Shown one piece after another: positions 1 to 13,480 of a DNA stretch of 64,000 nucleotides. Positions within the stretch are counted from its first letter, which is position 1. Every line of letters begins with the position of its first letter. A program made the translations under genes and the position numbers. The notes below the pieces were generated by a model that had not been told where the DNA came from, did not search any database, and saw nothing but the letters and a program-made list of their open reading frames with translations. Location of the stretch: contig NC_045697.1 of the NCBI RefSeq assembly GCF_009834535.1, positions 70,868,001 through 70,932,000 of the forward strand, read 5' to 3'. This DNA is from Camelus ferus (taxonomy: Eukaryota).

Positions 1-444
1 TCTACAAGAATTGAGTAATTTGCCACTGTAGTCACTGACCTTTAACACACCCTGAAAGGAGTTCAGGAGGAGATCAGGAATGAGGCACTCTGTGCTCTGG
101 GAAAACTGGCAGAACGGGCCTTCAGCGAGTTCCGATATTTTCAGGAGAAAGTTTTTTATGGACCCAAACTCTTGCATCTTCTCATATGTAGAAAAGCACT
201 AAAATCATTAACTAAGACACCCATTCCTAGGGACCAGCAGCAACTTTCTGCCGAGATGTGTGCTTGATTGCATGTACTCCCTTTGCCAAAATCCCATATA
301 TACTGATCCCATCTCTTACCTCTTCTGAGCAGTTCCTCAGAGCTCTCTGAGAGGCTGTCCCTGGGGCTATAATCCTCAATAAGTCTCCAAATAAAACTGG
401 AACTCATAGCTCTCATGTTTTGCATTTTTTAATCCCAGTCGAAA
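1..444 (+). mobile_element. ERV1-type LTR, 3' portion (cut by window edge), cetartiodactyl-type
   Basis: LTR layout: TATA-like TATATA ~297-302, AATAAA 390-395, end ...CCCAGTCGAAA (degenerate ...GACA). No primer-binding site follows, so solo or 3' LTR. Family recalled. Confidence 0.7.
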
Positions 445-462
445 CTGCTGAGGGAAAACTGT

Positions 463-467
<5 letters not shown>

Positions 468-496
<29 letters not shown>
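468..496. repeat. (CA)n microsatellite
   Basis: Uninterrupted CA run seen directly. Confidence 0.97.
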
Positions 497-500
<4 letters not shown>

Positions 501-1939
501 ATATGTTTTTGTGTAGATGAAGACATACTTAGCTAGAAAACTGGTTCAGATATAGGAAAAAATATATTCTAATATGGGTCAGGTAATTGATCTCAACAAC
601 CACATTCCATAATAAGACATTTTGTCATACAGTATGGAAATAGTCCCAGGGTCACAGAAAAGGTAACCTTTGTAGATTTGGTAATTTCCTTAAATATCAT
701 CTTAGTAGCATCACTAGGATCTAACATTTAGATTTTATCTCCCAAACAAAATTATCCCTTTATGTTCCAAAATTAACCTAACTCTTTTACTGGATATTTA
801 TGACTAGTGTTTTGTATTCATTAAATCCAAATGTCACAATGTATTTTTAATAAAAAGATATAAATAATCTAATCCTTAAAATATCCAAGCTATTCTTCTT
901 TGTCCTCAGGGAGCTTATACAGCTTCTGTCATTATAAGATCTGGACAAGACAAGGCTGTCGAGTATCTACCTTTTTATTTTCCATTTTCTAATTTCTTTC
1001 CATTGCTTCATTTACTAAATTCTGTTCCAAAAATTTTAAATATCACATTTAGTAAAAATCTCCCCGTTTTGTTATCCAAAACTTAATTTTTCTTCTTTGA
1101 TGGAAAAAAAAATTCCATTGTTACTCCATCTACTATTGGAGGATTCTCAAAGGTTTGACTCTTTCATTTCCAACTGCTATCCTTACCTTCAAGTAACAGC
1201 CAGTCATTCAGTCTCTCAGTGTCTCCTCTCTCCCCACACCCCTACCAAATACAAAGACACACCCTCTGTCTCTTGCACATTCACACAGAGGAGCTAGAGA
1301 AGAAATCTACTTCTCTGTTTGCTCTTGGAAAGACAGGACTAAGGGAAACAGAAGTGTTAATTATTAGAGGAAGACTTGGTAGAGAATAGAATGATGCAAT
1401 GAAGAAATAATCTGGAATCATATGTGAATTTTGTAAAGAAAGCAGTATAGGAAAATAAATAATAAGTGATTAACATCACCTATCATGTGCCTTGTGCTGG
1501 ACTTCCTCCCATAGTAGATACAATAATAATATAGTCACACACCTAGATACCCTGCAGCTTTCCATCTACTAAGGGGGAAATAATGTAATAACACTTGAAA
1601 TTATTAGAGAATGTTTTAGTGCAAACTAGAAGTCCAAACAGAATTTACAGATTCAATGGCTTGCAGTGGTCAGGAAAGTTTCTATGAATGTGAAGGTGCT
1701 TGAATTATCTTCAAAGAAGTAAAATTCAGATCAAAGAATGGAGACAGCCATTCCTGGCAAAAAACACATCATAAGCAAAATCAAGGGAAGAGGAGTGAAG
1801 AAAGCATTCTGGTCAGGGAGAGGGAGATGGAAAGGAGGAGGTTAAACCAACAGAAACAATTCCAAAATTTTCACTTGGTTCTTTTTAAAAAATAATTTGT
1901 CTGTATTGATATTCGTTATTTGATGAGACATTACCTTCA

Positions 1940-2108
1940 TTTATTTTATTTTATTTATTTTTTAAACTTTTTTTATTGAGTTATAGTCATTTTACAATGT
2001 TGTGTCAAACTCCAGTGTAGAGCACAATTTTTCAGTTATGCATGAACATACATACATTCATTGTCACATTCTCTTTCATTGTGAGCCACCACAAGATCCT
2101 GTATATAT
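1940..2108 (-). mobile_element. Young L1 3' end, 5'-truncated (camelid type)
   Basis: T-rich tail followed by TTTTATTGAGTTATAGTCATTTTACAATGTTGTGTCAAACTCCAGTGTAGAGCAC, the reverse complement of an L1 3' UTR. Similar to the other L1 ends in the window. Confidence 0.85.
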
Positions 2109-3749
2109 CATTCTAGGATATAGGTTGTGCTCTTCAGATAGAAGGATACTGCCCTCCATGATTACCTGCTTATCCATCTTAAATCGGAATTGGAGTACCC
2201 TTACTGAAAACTACAGATTTACATTTCTTCCCAATTGTTTTTTAATCGAATGGCTCACCTCCAGGACAGTCTGCTATTGACAACTGCTCAGAGAGAGAGA
2301 GAGGGAGAAAAAATATCTAAATAATTCAGTCCTCATTTCAAAATAGAATCTTTCAAAATGCAGAAGCTGTTTTGAAAGTGCAAACACGAAGCAGTTATTC
2401 TTCCTACTTCACCCAAAGGACAATGGTCATCCTGTGTAAGAAAAGGCACAATTTGGCTAGCATACTAACAGTGGAGGCCACAAAAGCCACTACTTCTTTT
2501 GAGAGTTAGAAACCAAGGCAAGTGCTGAATTGTATTCTTTAGAGCACGAGTCAAATCATGAGAGTCATGCCCCTCATCCCTGGGGAAACCAGAAATAGAC
2601 TTGATTGCATAGTTTCAAAGTCCAACCTTAATGAACCTTTTAAAAGTAGAGCTCCATCCTTTGCCCTCTGAGTATAAATTCAATCTCTGTCTCCACATTT
2701 AGGCATTAGTCTCTTTGCCCTCTCCAAAAAAGTGCAGCAAACGAAGTTATTCACTGTGCAGACCTTTCTGGAGCTGATCCAGGGACAAGGTGACGTTTGC
2801 TCAGTATCAGTCTTCAGGTTACTGACAACGACTTCTCTATCTTGTGTGAGCATGAATAAAACCACTGCACGTGAAATATTGATGTTAGTGATAACTATGG
2901 AGACACCTGGCATTTGCTCTCCAGTTCTTTGACATTCATGTTTGTACTTTGATCTTCTTGGCTCACACTCACAGCTAGATTTTCTCGGTGGCACCCTGCC
3001 TGGCAGGAGAATCTTATTTGACCTGGTAAGTGACATTATGTCCTGGAGAAACCTTTGCAGGGAGCAGAATCAAAGTGAGAGGTAAATATGATTCTTTTAA
3101 AAACCTGCCTCCATTGGAGCCACAGTTGCTCCCTGCAGGGACTTCCAGTGGGATGGATGCCACATAAATGTGTTCTTGCGCTTCATGGTGTTTATGCATG
3201 CTACCTACTGGCATGCACAAAATGCATGATCTGAGATTCAACAAGATGTCATCCCAATTCCAGAATACATGGGAACCTCACAAACTCATAATATAACCAG
3301 AATAAACAGCACCCACCTTTGCTGTTTTTAACCTCTGTTTAAATTTCTAAGATGTCTTTCATTTCTTTCCCATAGAAGGGGTGTAATTTTTTTCAATGTG
3401 TTCATTCAATAGAGGTTTGTAGAAACAGTGCCTGGATTATGACCAGAGTAGAATTAAATGTATATTAAAAAATAAACATGGTTTTGTGAACAAAATCAGA
3501 GAGGGAAGGACTTCATTAAGTGAGCTAGATAACAGAAGGAACTAAGTTTAATAATGATAGCAAAGAAAAAAATAAAAGAAATATAGCAGAATTATCACTT
3601 CATGAGTACTTTTTGTTCTTGATTGATGTTTTTCAAGGGATGCTATGGTCAATAATAAAAGAATATCTGAGGAAACACTTCATTGAAATTTATTTGAATT
3701 GCAAGTGAAGAGAAGAAATAAACAATAACTTTTTTTGCTATCAGAATTT

Positions 3750-4238
3750 GTGCAATTTAGTTTGTCCCCTTCCCCTACTATAAGCACCCTTTTCCATCCC
3801 TTTCTGTCCTGGTCCTGCCCTGGGAGGCTGACCTCTGGGGAATGCATCACCAGGCTTCTTGCTTCTGGTGGGATTTGGTCAATGAGGGGCAAGGTGCTGG
3901 AAGGCTAGCAGAGAGGAAGGTCAGGATATTTCTTCCCTAACTCCTCCCTGCTTTGTGGCTGTGTCTCTGGCAGTAGTCACATCCATACACTTTAGTTAAG
4001 CCCCTACCTGGTGCCCCATCATCCAGAGTCCTGCCCTCCTCAGGCTTTGGCAGCTACTTTTTCATGTTTTCACCTCCTCCATTCAAACCTGGGGCTGGTT
4101 AAAGCTTCCCACTCTGGCTAGTGCCTGGGTACCACATACCATTTGTTTGCTCAAACTCTGAAAGAAGTCCCCACTGCAGTCTCTTTATTTGCACTTTCTG
4201 GGACAAATTCTGAACCCTGTTGGAAACTTGACTAATAA
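3750..4238 (+). mobile_element. ERVL LTR (LTR33-like)
   Basis: GGAGGCTGACCTCTGGGGAATGCATCACCAGGCT...GGTCAGGATATTTCTTCCC... ending GACTAATAA matches recalled LTR33 consensus. Confidence 0.7.
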
Positions 4239-5434
4239 GAATCAGGGAAGGTCAGAGCTTGAAGACATCTTTAGGAAGGAAGTCCAATCTTCACTTTAAG
4301 AACAGGGGAACCTAGGCTTTGTCAAGTAAAGTTGCCCAAGTTCTCACAATTAACAACTAACAGAGCTGAAGGGACTAGACCTGCCCTCGTGATCTCTTGA
4401 TGAGCGGTCCAGCTTTCAGCTCCTTCCAGAGAGTACCATGTCAGCATCAATTTATTGGCTGGTAAAAGGGAGAAGAAACTAAAGAATGTAAATTGGATTG
4501 CCGTGCAAATGTGATATGTAAATTAATTTTGTATTTATTAATTTGTACCAAGAAGATCTTTGACACACACAAGAAAATCAGATGGAAGGTCAGTCATGAT
4601 ACAGAGCAAAGGGTTTTCTTTTTGCCTTCGAAAATTTTGTGCTAATGTCACATTTCAGCATTCTAATTTCTCTACCGCAAGTATAACACATTTTTTAATG
4701 ACTCAAATACCTAAATTATCACATATTCTAATTTACTGATACATCTATTAAAATGGTTAGAAATGTGGCAATATGCCATGTGAGTCTAAATTGAAGGGAA
4801 AAAAAGGAAGTATTTTTCTTCAAATATAGTCAGGAGTGACTGGGGGAGTGTGAAGGCCTGAGGTCTAGCCCCAGCCTCATCACTGATTCCATAAGTTCCT
4901 TCTCTGGTGTCAGTTTGTATGTCTCCAAACAAAGGCAGGGCTCAGATGATTTATATTCTCTGTCATCTCCACTATTCAATAATTGTACAAAAGAGAAAAT
5001 TAAATCAAGAACCCCTCCTCCAGTTCTGTCATTAATAAAATACAGAGAAAATTTTTAAAATAATTTGTACTTGCCTTTCATATTTTAATTTTTGTATTTT
5101 ACAAATACAAAAAAAAAAGAAAATGTAATTACTATTTCCTCACTAAAGCTAGAGTTCATGGGAAATAAAATGTTGAAAGTGTAGTTCTTTTGTCTCCTAG
5201 CTAGTCTAATAAGAATATAACTATAGAGAAGTTTTTCTTAATGCTTTTAGGTCATTAACCACTTTCAAGATCTTCTAAGGATTGTCTACAATTTCAGGGT
5301 TCTACAAATTAAGGCATCCATGCACTTCTGTTACAAATTTCTTTTTTTCTCTTGCAAATAATTGTACATTTTATGATCAAATTTCCATTTCCAATCTTTC
5401 CCCAATAGTCTTTTATTATTGTTAAATATTTAAC

Positions 5435-5762
5435 ATGGACTTTGTGTGAAAATAGGTGTTAAATCCTAGCTTTATTACTGCCTACCTGAGTGAGCTTGAT
5501 CAAGTTACTTGATTCCTTGTGTTTCGACTTCCTCATCTTTAAAACAGAATGAATATTTTTCTATTATGAGATAATAAATGAGATAAAATAAGAAAATAAA
5601 TAAATAAAATAAAATGAGATAATCTAAGGAAAATCACCCTGAATACATTAAAGGGTTTATCTAAGGTGGTTACTATTTTTCTTTAGCACCTAACACAGTG
5701 CCTGACCAAGTAGGTAGTCAATAAATATTTGATCAGTGAGTAGATGGTTGAATGAATAAATG
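5435..5762 (+). mobile_element. MIR fragment followed by L2 3' end
   Basis: CAAGTTACTTGATTCCTTGTGTTTCGACTTCCTCATCTTTAAAA (MIR core). AGCACCTAACACAGTGCCTGACCAAGTAGGTAGTCAATAAATATTTG...GAATGAAT (L2 tail). Confidence 0.75.
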
Positions 5763-6063
5763 ACAACCATTGGCCTTCAAATTATCTGTTGAGATTAAGA
5801 TTGGTGCCACAAGAGCCCATGTTTACCAGTCTAGATCTTCTACTTGGAACTTTTTCATTGTCTTAGTTACCTATGTGTTAAAGACTATTATTTATTTTTA
5901 AATATTGAAGTAGCTATAACTTGAATTCTTTGAGCCAATAATTAATAGCAATTTAATGTGTCATTGTGAAAGCATCTAAAGGAGACACACAATACCCTCT
6001 CAATGAAAGTTTTCCTTCTTCTGTCTTTTCTTCTCTTCCCTAAAGAAGTTCACATTTAGTGGA

Positions 6064-6470
6064 TGCATCAGTCAGTATAGTTAATGCACTGTGGTTAAAA
6101 AAAAAAATCTCCAAAATTTCAGAGTCTTCAAACAAGTAGGCTTTATTTCTTACTCATGGTACATGTCTATTATGGGTCTCTTAGGAGCTCTGCTCCTTGT
6201 AGTTATTCACAGGCCCAGGCTGATAGAGCAGGTATCATCTCAAACTTCTCCAGCTGCTGTGCCAGAGGGATATAGTTCTGGAGGGGCTCATATTAGCAAC
6301 TAGATGCACAAGCTGGAAGTGACAAACATCACATCTGCTCACAACTCACTGGCCAGAACTAGTCACATGACCCCACCCAATCACAAGTGGCACGGGAAGC
6401 ACAATCCTGCCACGTCCCCAGGATGCAGAGGACCAGAACTACTTGGAAAGCTGTACTGATGACCATCATA
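6064..6470 (-). mobile_element. MaLR LTR (MLT1K/L-like)
   Basis: GGAAGTGACAAACATCACATCTGCTCACAACTCACTGGCCAGAACTAGTCACATGACCCCACCC is a typical MLT1 motif. Starts TGCATCAGTC. Confidence 0.8.
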
Positions 6471-7362
6471 GTAGAGGCACAAATGACGATTGTTGGGGAC
6501 AATCTAAACCTGCCCTTAACTCATTCCATCACTGAAAAATCTTGCTTCAAGCCAAGCAACATCTTCCCCATGTTTATTCTGAGGAGAAAGAGGAGCAAGA
6601 GATGGGGGAGAGAGATGGTTAGGAAAAAATGAATAAAGAGAGCGAGAAGTGAAAGATAAACAAACAAAAAAAGTCAGGAAGAAAAGCGGAAAGGTAGAAA
6701 CGGAGCAAATCAAAGAAAATAAAATTATTCCAGAATATTCATCATCAATGAAAGGGTATATGTAGCCTTAGCGTTTTTAGAGACTACAATTTTTCTTGGG
6801 CATTTCCAGAGTTACTAGGGATTTTTAGCTTTTTTATTTATTGTTTCCTAAACAAACAGTAAAAATTAATATTTGAACATGTAACTATTTTCAGAGTGAT
6901 TTTAGTGACATCATACTGTGGGGTAGTTATTATATTTCCTATAATATAAACACCAAACTTGAGGTCCCGAGTCTGAGAGGTTTAGTGAGAAGCTACTCCA
7001 CTGGTGGACAATTTAGTGGTGAGGCAAGTCATGAGGGGATGAGTGCAGAAGGGTAAAAGAGAAAGAAGTAGAGTGAAAAGAAATAAAAAAGGAGATAGTA
7101 TGGTCCCAAAAAAATGATGCACGGACCAGAAAACCCTGACTCCTAGGTTGGTATTATAAAATAGCAGAGCAGTTTCTGGTTTGTGAGTTCTCTGACCATT
7201 TTTAGGAATGACCTTTAAACTTCGGGTGGCATTCTTGACGATTTCAAAGCTGTAAGAGTAGTCAGGGCAAGTAGTTAAAGATGGTAAAGCATGAATCGAA
7301 TTTTCCTAGGACTTGCTCTGAGCACAGGGCACAGGAAAGCAAGCTGCAGGGAAGCCACCTGT

Positions 7363-7456
7363 GCCAGCGCCCTGCCGGGGGAGCCCTGGGAGCCAAGATG
7401 TTGAAGAAGGACTTCAACCTGCTAACTTGGTCACTGCCAGGAGCAGCAGATGGCCC
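7363..7456 (+). promoter_or_regulatory. Pair of CTCF-like motifs
   Basis: CCTGCCGGGGGAGC (7371-7384) and GCAGCAGATGGCCC (7443-7456) vs core CCASYAGRKGGCRS. Motif match only. Confidence 0.35.
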
Positions 7457-8593
7457 TTGCCAGACAGAGATGCCCGTTAGCCTGGGACACTTACTCACAA
7501 AGAACAGCCTGGCAGTGTTCATTATCACTCCCTAGATTCAGCTACTCTGAGTGGGCCCAAGAAGCCCAAAGACCAAGAAAAAAATATATACATATATATA
7601 AAACGTTAGTTTTAGCGCAGTTTGCCCAGGGTGTAGACGGTTCTTAATCCTCTGATGTATGTTTTCTAAATCTGTATTTTATTTTTGTATCTCTGCTTTT
7701 CCTAAAAAGATTTCTTTCAAATCCTCAAATATTTAAGTATTTGAAGTAAAATAATATTTTGGAGGGGAGATTTCCATTTTTTGCTGGAAGGAAACTTTCC
7801 CGGGTAAGAATTTTTTTGGCAGCTGGTTCTTTGACAAATATCTGAAGAGCCAATTGCTGTGTGTAATTTTAAAAGTTGAAAAACTGATGATAATTTTATG
7901 GCTTCATTAACCTCATAGCATCGCCAATGTGTTCTCACAGAACACTGGGAGCGGGTGGAGACGGGGGAAAGCGAGTTCCTGGGAGCCTCCCCCAAGGGAG
8001 AGTCTCTGTGAATGTTTCCCCTTGAGCTGTGTTACTAACTCAGCCCAGGGCAGAGCCCTGAAATGGGGGCACAACCCGCGGAAGGGGCGACCTGCTCCCT
8101 CTCTCCTCCTGACTCCATTCCCCACCCCCTTGCTCCTGCTGAGGGCCCGGCCTCAGGTTGGCAAAGCCTGAGCATGACTGTCAGAAAATCACGTACTTTT
8201 CCCACCCACCTAGGGCACTGCCCACAGGCCTGTCATATGCTGCTGGATCTAGGAAAGATCCTCTGCCCAGGACTTGGAAAGACAAAATCTCTGGAAATTC
8301 CATGTCAAATGTTCATGGAGCAAATCAACTCGGGGGTGAGGTTTTCAAAATGTTCTCCTCCCCCACCCCCTCCCCTAGCACAGTGCATAAGAAACGAAGC
8401 AGATGGGTAGGCATTTGAAATGTCACTCTTGTATTCTAGCCAGTTTCCTCCTAACAATGAGATACCAAAGAGCAGAAGAGAATGTTCTCTCAGCCACGAT
8501 TTTGTGCAATAACTTTTTATGGGCTTGGGACCTGAAGTTGAAGCACGTATTCCAATCAGTGCTAGATACTTTTTTTAGATGGTAAAATTTACT

Positions 8594-8764
8594 AGGACGT
8601 GCTATGCAAAGTGGGGTCCTGGAACCAAAAGCAAGGACATGTGGGAGCATGTTAGCAGTGCAGAGTCTGAAGCCATAGCCCAGATTTCCTGAACTACAAT
8701 CCTTATTTTGGCAACATCCCTAGGTGATTTATATACACATGAAAGTTTGAGAAGCAATGCTCTG
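8594..8764. mobile_element. hAT-Charlie MITE (MER5A-like)
   Basis: CAAAGTGGGGTCCTGGAACC...GGGAGCATGTTAGCAGTGCAGAGTCT...CCCTAGGTGATTTATATACACATGAAAGTTTGAGAAGCAATGCT. Confidence 0.8.
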
Positions 8765-9014
8765 CGACACATTTATACACTTTGGAATATATGGGACAAT
8801 TGACAGAACAAAGGATTTGAAATCGAAAGATGGGCTCGGGTACTTGGTGAGGGGGAGCGTATATACATAGACACTAAGTTCCCAGGTGAGGGAGAGAAAG
8901 GAAAGCAAAACAGAGGCAGCAGAAATGGGGTCTCAGGCAAATCACCCCATCATTCTCAAAGCCTCAAAACTTAAGTACGGTGGTACCAATTTAAGTTCAT
9001 TTACTTTACAAATA

Positions 9015-9215
9015 TTTAGATAGCAGTTACTATGTGCCAGGGACAGTTCTGAGCAATTTACAAATATTAATTCATGTAACCCTTATAACAAACCCGTGAA
9101 GCAAGTACTAGTAATAGCCTCATTTTACCAAGAAAGGGACTGAGACCCATGGAAATTAAATAATTTGCCCTAGGTTTCTGTCAGGAGATAGCAAATCTGG
9201 GACTAAAACCATCAA
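9015..9215 (-). mobile_element. MIR SINE
   Basis: TTACTATGTGCCAGGGACAGTTCTGAGC...CTCATTTTACCAAGAAAGGGACTGAGACCC...AATTTGCCCTAGG. Confidence 0.8.
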
Positions 9216-10374
9216 AGTTCTGGTTAAGTCTGGGTCTGAAACAATAATCTCAATTATTTCTCAAATGGCAGACAGAAGTGAAGTTTGAATCCAAGCATTC
9301 CAAATTGACAGTTTTTAAAATTTCCTATGTTACATATTTTGTAAGAATGTGTGTTACTTTTGCTTTCTACTTCATTATATAACATGTTTGTTTTAACACA
9401 AAAATAATTCTTTCATTTATCTTCCCCTGGATAAAACTGATGTCTCTCGCATGTAGCTTCACATAACCATGCGGGTGACCATGCTTGAAAAGTACAGACT
9501 TAAAACTCCCTGGGGACCGTCCACAGCTAACCACAGCTCCGTGGCTGAGTCCTACTCCAATGTTACTACACCTTGAAGGTTCTCCTAGGCTGAGGGAGAG
9601 GTTTCCAAACCACAACTTCCATTTGAAATCACAGGTATTTAAGGTAGAATCTAGCTAAGATGAACTGCAGTTTGATGGAGCCAATTCTAACTTGGAGAAA
9701 CTTACAAAAGAAATTCTTGCTTGATTAATTGTTGCTATTATTCATACTGTTCATAAAATGAACTGTTAATTTATACCTCTAGTATTCTTGCAAATCCTGC
9801 TTACAGCTTACAGTTTTTGAAGACCAAAAAATATATATGTTTACACATTATGATGCCACCCATTTGGTTACAATTTTAATCATCATTAATCTAGTTCTTA
9901 CCAAATATTCAAATATTTGATCTAACCTTCAGATGTAGGCAAAAGTCAAATAATGGCTATTATCAAAGATTTCAGAAAACTCCTTAGTGGATCATTTACC
10001 TTCTTCAATAGAAAAAGTACACATATTTTCTATGTATTTTCTTATAAATACAGGTATAATTAAATATTTTGCTTTGCTTATAGTGTATACTCAGAAATGC
10101 TAAGCACAGCTAAGTATATAAAAACTTCTTAGTAAATGTTAGGAAAAAATGAAGATCAGGAAGGCAGCACAGGAAGAGCAAGACTGCTGGGTAAATGTAT
10201 TTCTAGCCATTTGAGTCCTTTGGCCTTACAAACATTAGGGAAAAATCAAAATCCCACCCATGTGTACAGTATAGCCTGCACCAGGGAGAAGGAGCTGGAC
10301 ATGGATATAAGCGTGAGAACAAAAGTAAGAGGAAGATCACCTCTCTTCCAGACACCCCGGAGCAACCTTAGCCT

Positions 10375-10545
10375 GCTGGTTAAGAGCATGGACTCAGGTT
10401 CAACCAGCCTGGCTGGGTGACTCATTTTCCCACATACTAGTTGTGATTTCATAGGGTTGTTTCAAAATTAAACAAAAATGTGCTCATAAAACATTAAACA
10501 CAACCCTGCCCCATGGCAGGAGCTCAGTAATTGCTACTTATATGG
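10375..10545 (+). mobile_element. MIR SINE (internally deleted)
   Basis: TGGTTAAGAGCATGGACTCAGG...CTCATAGGGTTGTT-like segment, then GGCAGGAGCTCAGTAATTGCTA. Confidence 0.65.
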
Positions 10546-11754
10546 CTGTGTGATTTTTTCTGAATTTACAAAACAGCACTCCCCATTTCCCAGACGCTCA
10601 AACACTCCAGCCCCTAACAAAAGATTTATTGGTCAGTGGTCATTCGTTTAACTGAGAAGCGAATTTAACAAGGAGAGCCTCAGTTAACATTTTTGTGTCA
10701 AGTAACATGGGTTTAGAACTTCTCTGGAGAGACCACAGTTAGAAACATTGGCCTTGGGTGGGGAATATTTAATTATTGTCCCCCTTAGTGAGCCAACAAA
10801 TATTTACTGTGCACCCACTCAGCTCACCACTGTCTGTAGAGGATACAAAGATTCACGGCTCCTGACTTTTAAGACCTAACATTCTTTGACAGATAAAATG
10901 CTTTTTAAAATATCTCTGATTTAAGGCTTCACATGCCAAATGCTAAAGGTGTATGTCAGTGAAAGTTCTAAAGAAGGTGAGATTCCATTCAATAAGGGCA
11001 ATGGGATTGGCTTCAAAGGGAAGCAGGACACAGCTGGGCTGGACTTCCCAATAAAGGAATCCAAATCCTTCACCGCGGCCCCCCAGCCCCACCCAGCACG
11101 GCTGCCCCTCTTTGCCGTCAACTGGAATCAGCTTCCCTGAGCTCTGCCCTTTTGCCTACAAGTTTGTTCAGCCTCAAGACCTGTATACCTGCTGTCACTC
11201 CTCCAAGAATGTTTTGCCCCAAGTTCGTGACATGGGTAAGTCCTTTGAGTCGGTCTCAGGCCAGGTGACTGCTCAATTCAGTTCTCTCTCCTCTTCACTA
11301 GTTGGTTTTCTCTGCTTCCTCACAGTTTCTATTTTTCATGACAATGTCCGGCTTGTGGTTGATTTCGGTTTGATAAGTTTCCAGCTTTGGCTTGACATGA
11401 TTTTCATTCTAGCTACAAATTGATGCAACAGTCTCTATGTCTCTTGGCTTAAATTCTCAAAACAAGCCTTCCTATCTGACATTACACTATGTGCTTCTCT
11501 GGCCCAGTTGCTCATAGTCATAAGGTACGGGCTATGGTTGGATAGATTATAAAAGAGCCTCTAAGGAGGGGAGGCGATCAATCTTGTTTGCCACTCTTGT
11601 CTACTGAAGTATTTCTGATTCTATTACTAAATTATTTTATTAATTCTATTAGTTTTAAAGTTTGCTCCTTGGGGTTTCTAAATATTCAAATGCATCATTT
11701 TAAAAAAATGTTTTGTTTTGTTTGTGTATTTCTTAATCAATCAACTAGAGGATA

Positions 11755-11890
11755 AATAATACTATGTTTCTGGATTTGTTGTGATGCTTAAATGAATTAA
11801 TACATGTAAAGCCCAAAGGGTAGTACTTAGCACAGAGCAAACACTCAATAAATATTGACTATTGTTATTATCATCATCATTATTATTATT
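11755..11890 (+). mobile_element. MIR 3' half with (ATT/ATC)n tail
   Basis: GATTTGTTGTGATGCTTAAATGAATTAATACATGTAAAGC...CACTCAATAAATATTGACTATTGTTATT. Confidence 0.75.
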
Positions 11891-12169
11891 AATTTTCATG
11901 ACATGCATGGTCTTTCATAAGTCTTTAAAATTTGGAATAATATATGAGAATTACTACTTATCAGAAATGTGAAAATGTAAGACATGGTAGATTTTTAAAT
12001 GTCAAATTATAAGTGGGTGATTTTTGTTAGATACACTGAAAGAACTATCAAATTTAAAAACTGAGCACTACTTCTCAGGGAACGTATGTGCTTCCTTTCC
12101 TACCTTCTTTTAACCATTATGATTGACATTCACTAAGCACCTATGACTTGCCAGGCCTTAATCCACATG

Positions 12170-12600
12170 ATGGGCATCTTAGATGGGGTCCCCCAAGAAG
12201 TAGACCCTAAGATAAAAAATATGAGTGTAAGTAATTTGAGCTTATTTAAGTGACTTCAGAAAGCACTGGTAAGGGCATTGGGAAAATGAGACAGAGAGGA
12301 AAGGAAGCTAGTAAAAGGGGTTAGTGAGCAGGTTACTGCTCAGAGCAATGTTGCTTAACCCCACCAGGAGCTCCGGGAGCCAGGAAGGAACGTCTCCGAG
12401 TCACTTCAACCCAGGGGCAAGGTTGCTGCTCCTGGGAGGTGTCACCTCCTGGGCACTTCCAGCCAGTCGAGCACATAGACCACTGGACTCCTGTCACCAG
12501 AGAAAGCCAAAGGCCAAGAGTCTACACTAACAGTTGGGGTGCTCAGGTGGGCCTGCGAGAAGACGCGGACAGGAAAACGACAGCCTCAGCTCCCACAAGG
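12170..12600 (-). mobile_element. Old ERVL-class LTR (LTR67B/LTR41-like)
   Basis: GGGTCCCCCAAGAAGTAGACCCTAAGAT...TGAGACAGAGAGGAAAGGAAGC...AGCAGGTTACTGCT. Subfamily uncertain. Confidence 0.6.
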
Positions 12601-13059
12601 ATTCCAAGATGGTTTCCCTCTTCAAAACACTCCTAGCTCTGCAGAGAAATTAAGAAGAAGAAAAAAAAAATTCTATGAACTACCTAATTGCTTGTGACAT
12701 GTTTTTCTGCAGAGTATTTAATAAATTGCCTAGACACTTTTATAAAGCTCACAATTAAAAAGTGAACCATGAAAAATTGCTACTTAAACATTTTACTGAG
12801 AGTCTGTGGGCTAAGATTATACAAAATTTGCTATGATGAAACTGACTTTATGGCAAATTCTTAACCATTACAAATATTAGCTATCTTTTAGGGTTGCTTT
12901 GCTAGTAAAGTTAAAGAAGGTAAAGAAGATTTGAAATACTTAAGACAGTGACTAACTCATGTAATCATTCAATATGTGCTTACAAAATATACGCTCCATA
13001 TATATTCATAGTTAAAATAATAAAATAATAAAAATAAAATAATACTTCTGAGCTATGTA

Positions 13060-13412
13060 TGATAAATTATATCATTATTCAAAAATATTTGCTGACCCTT
13101 CCTCATAGGAGGATTATACTTCAGGTTTGACCACTCAATTGTTTTAATCAATGAAATGTAAGTGGAAGTAACATGAAACACTTTCAGGAAAAAGTTTAAG
13201 AGGCATCATTTGGTCCACCATTGCTCTTTTCTCTCTACTGAAAAACCAGCACACTCCAGACCAATGCCGCTCTTTGTCTTAGGTTTCAGAATGAAGACAA
13301 AATAGGACATCAAGCTGACCCACAAGCAAGAAATGATCCTGTTACTGAAAGCTACTAAGATTCAGGGGCTGCTTACTATTGTAAAATAACTCAGGTGAAG
13401 CTGACTGATAAA
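13060..13412 (+). mobile_element. MaLR LTR (MLT1I/J-like)
   Basis: CAATGAAATGTAAGTGGAAGTAACATG...AAGCTACTAAGATTCAGGGGCTGCTTACT...GCTGACTGATAAA terminus. Confidence 0.8.
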
Positions 13413-13480
13413 ACATGAATGGAAAAAAACCCACATTCATGCCTTTAATGCATATTCTAAATTCTCTGAACACAAAAGGA

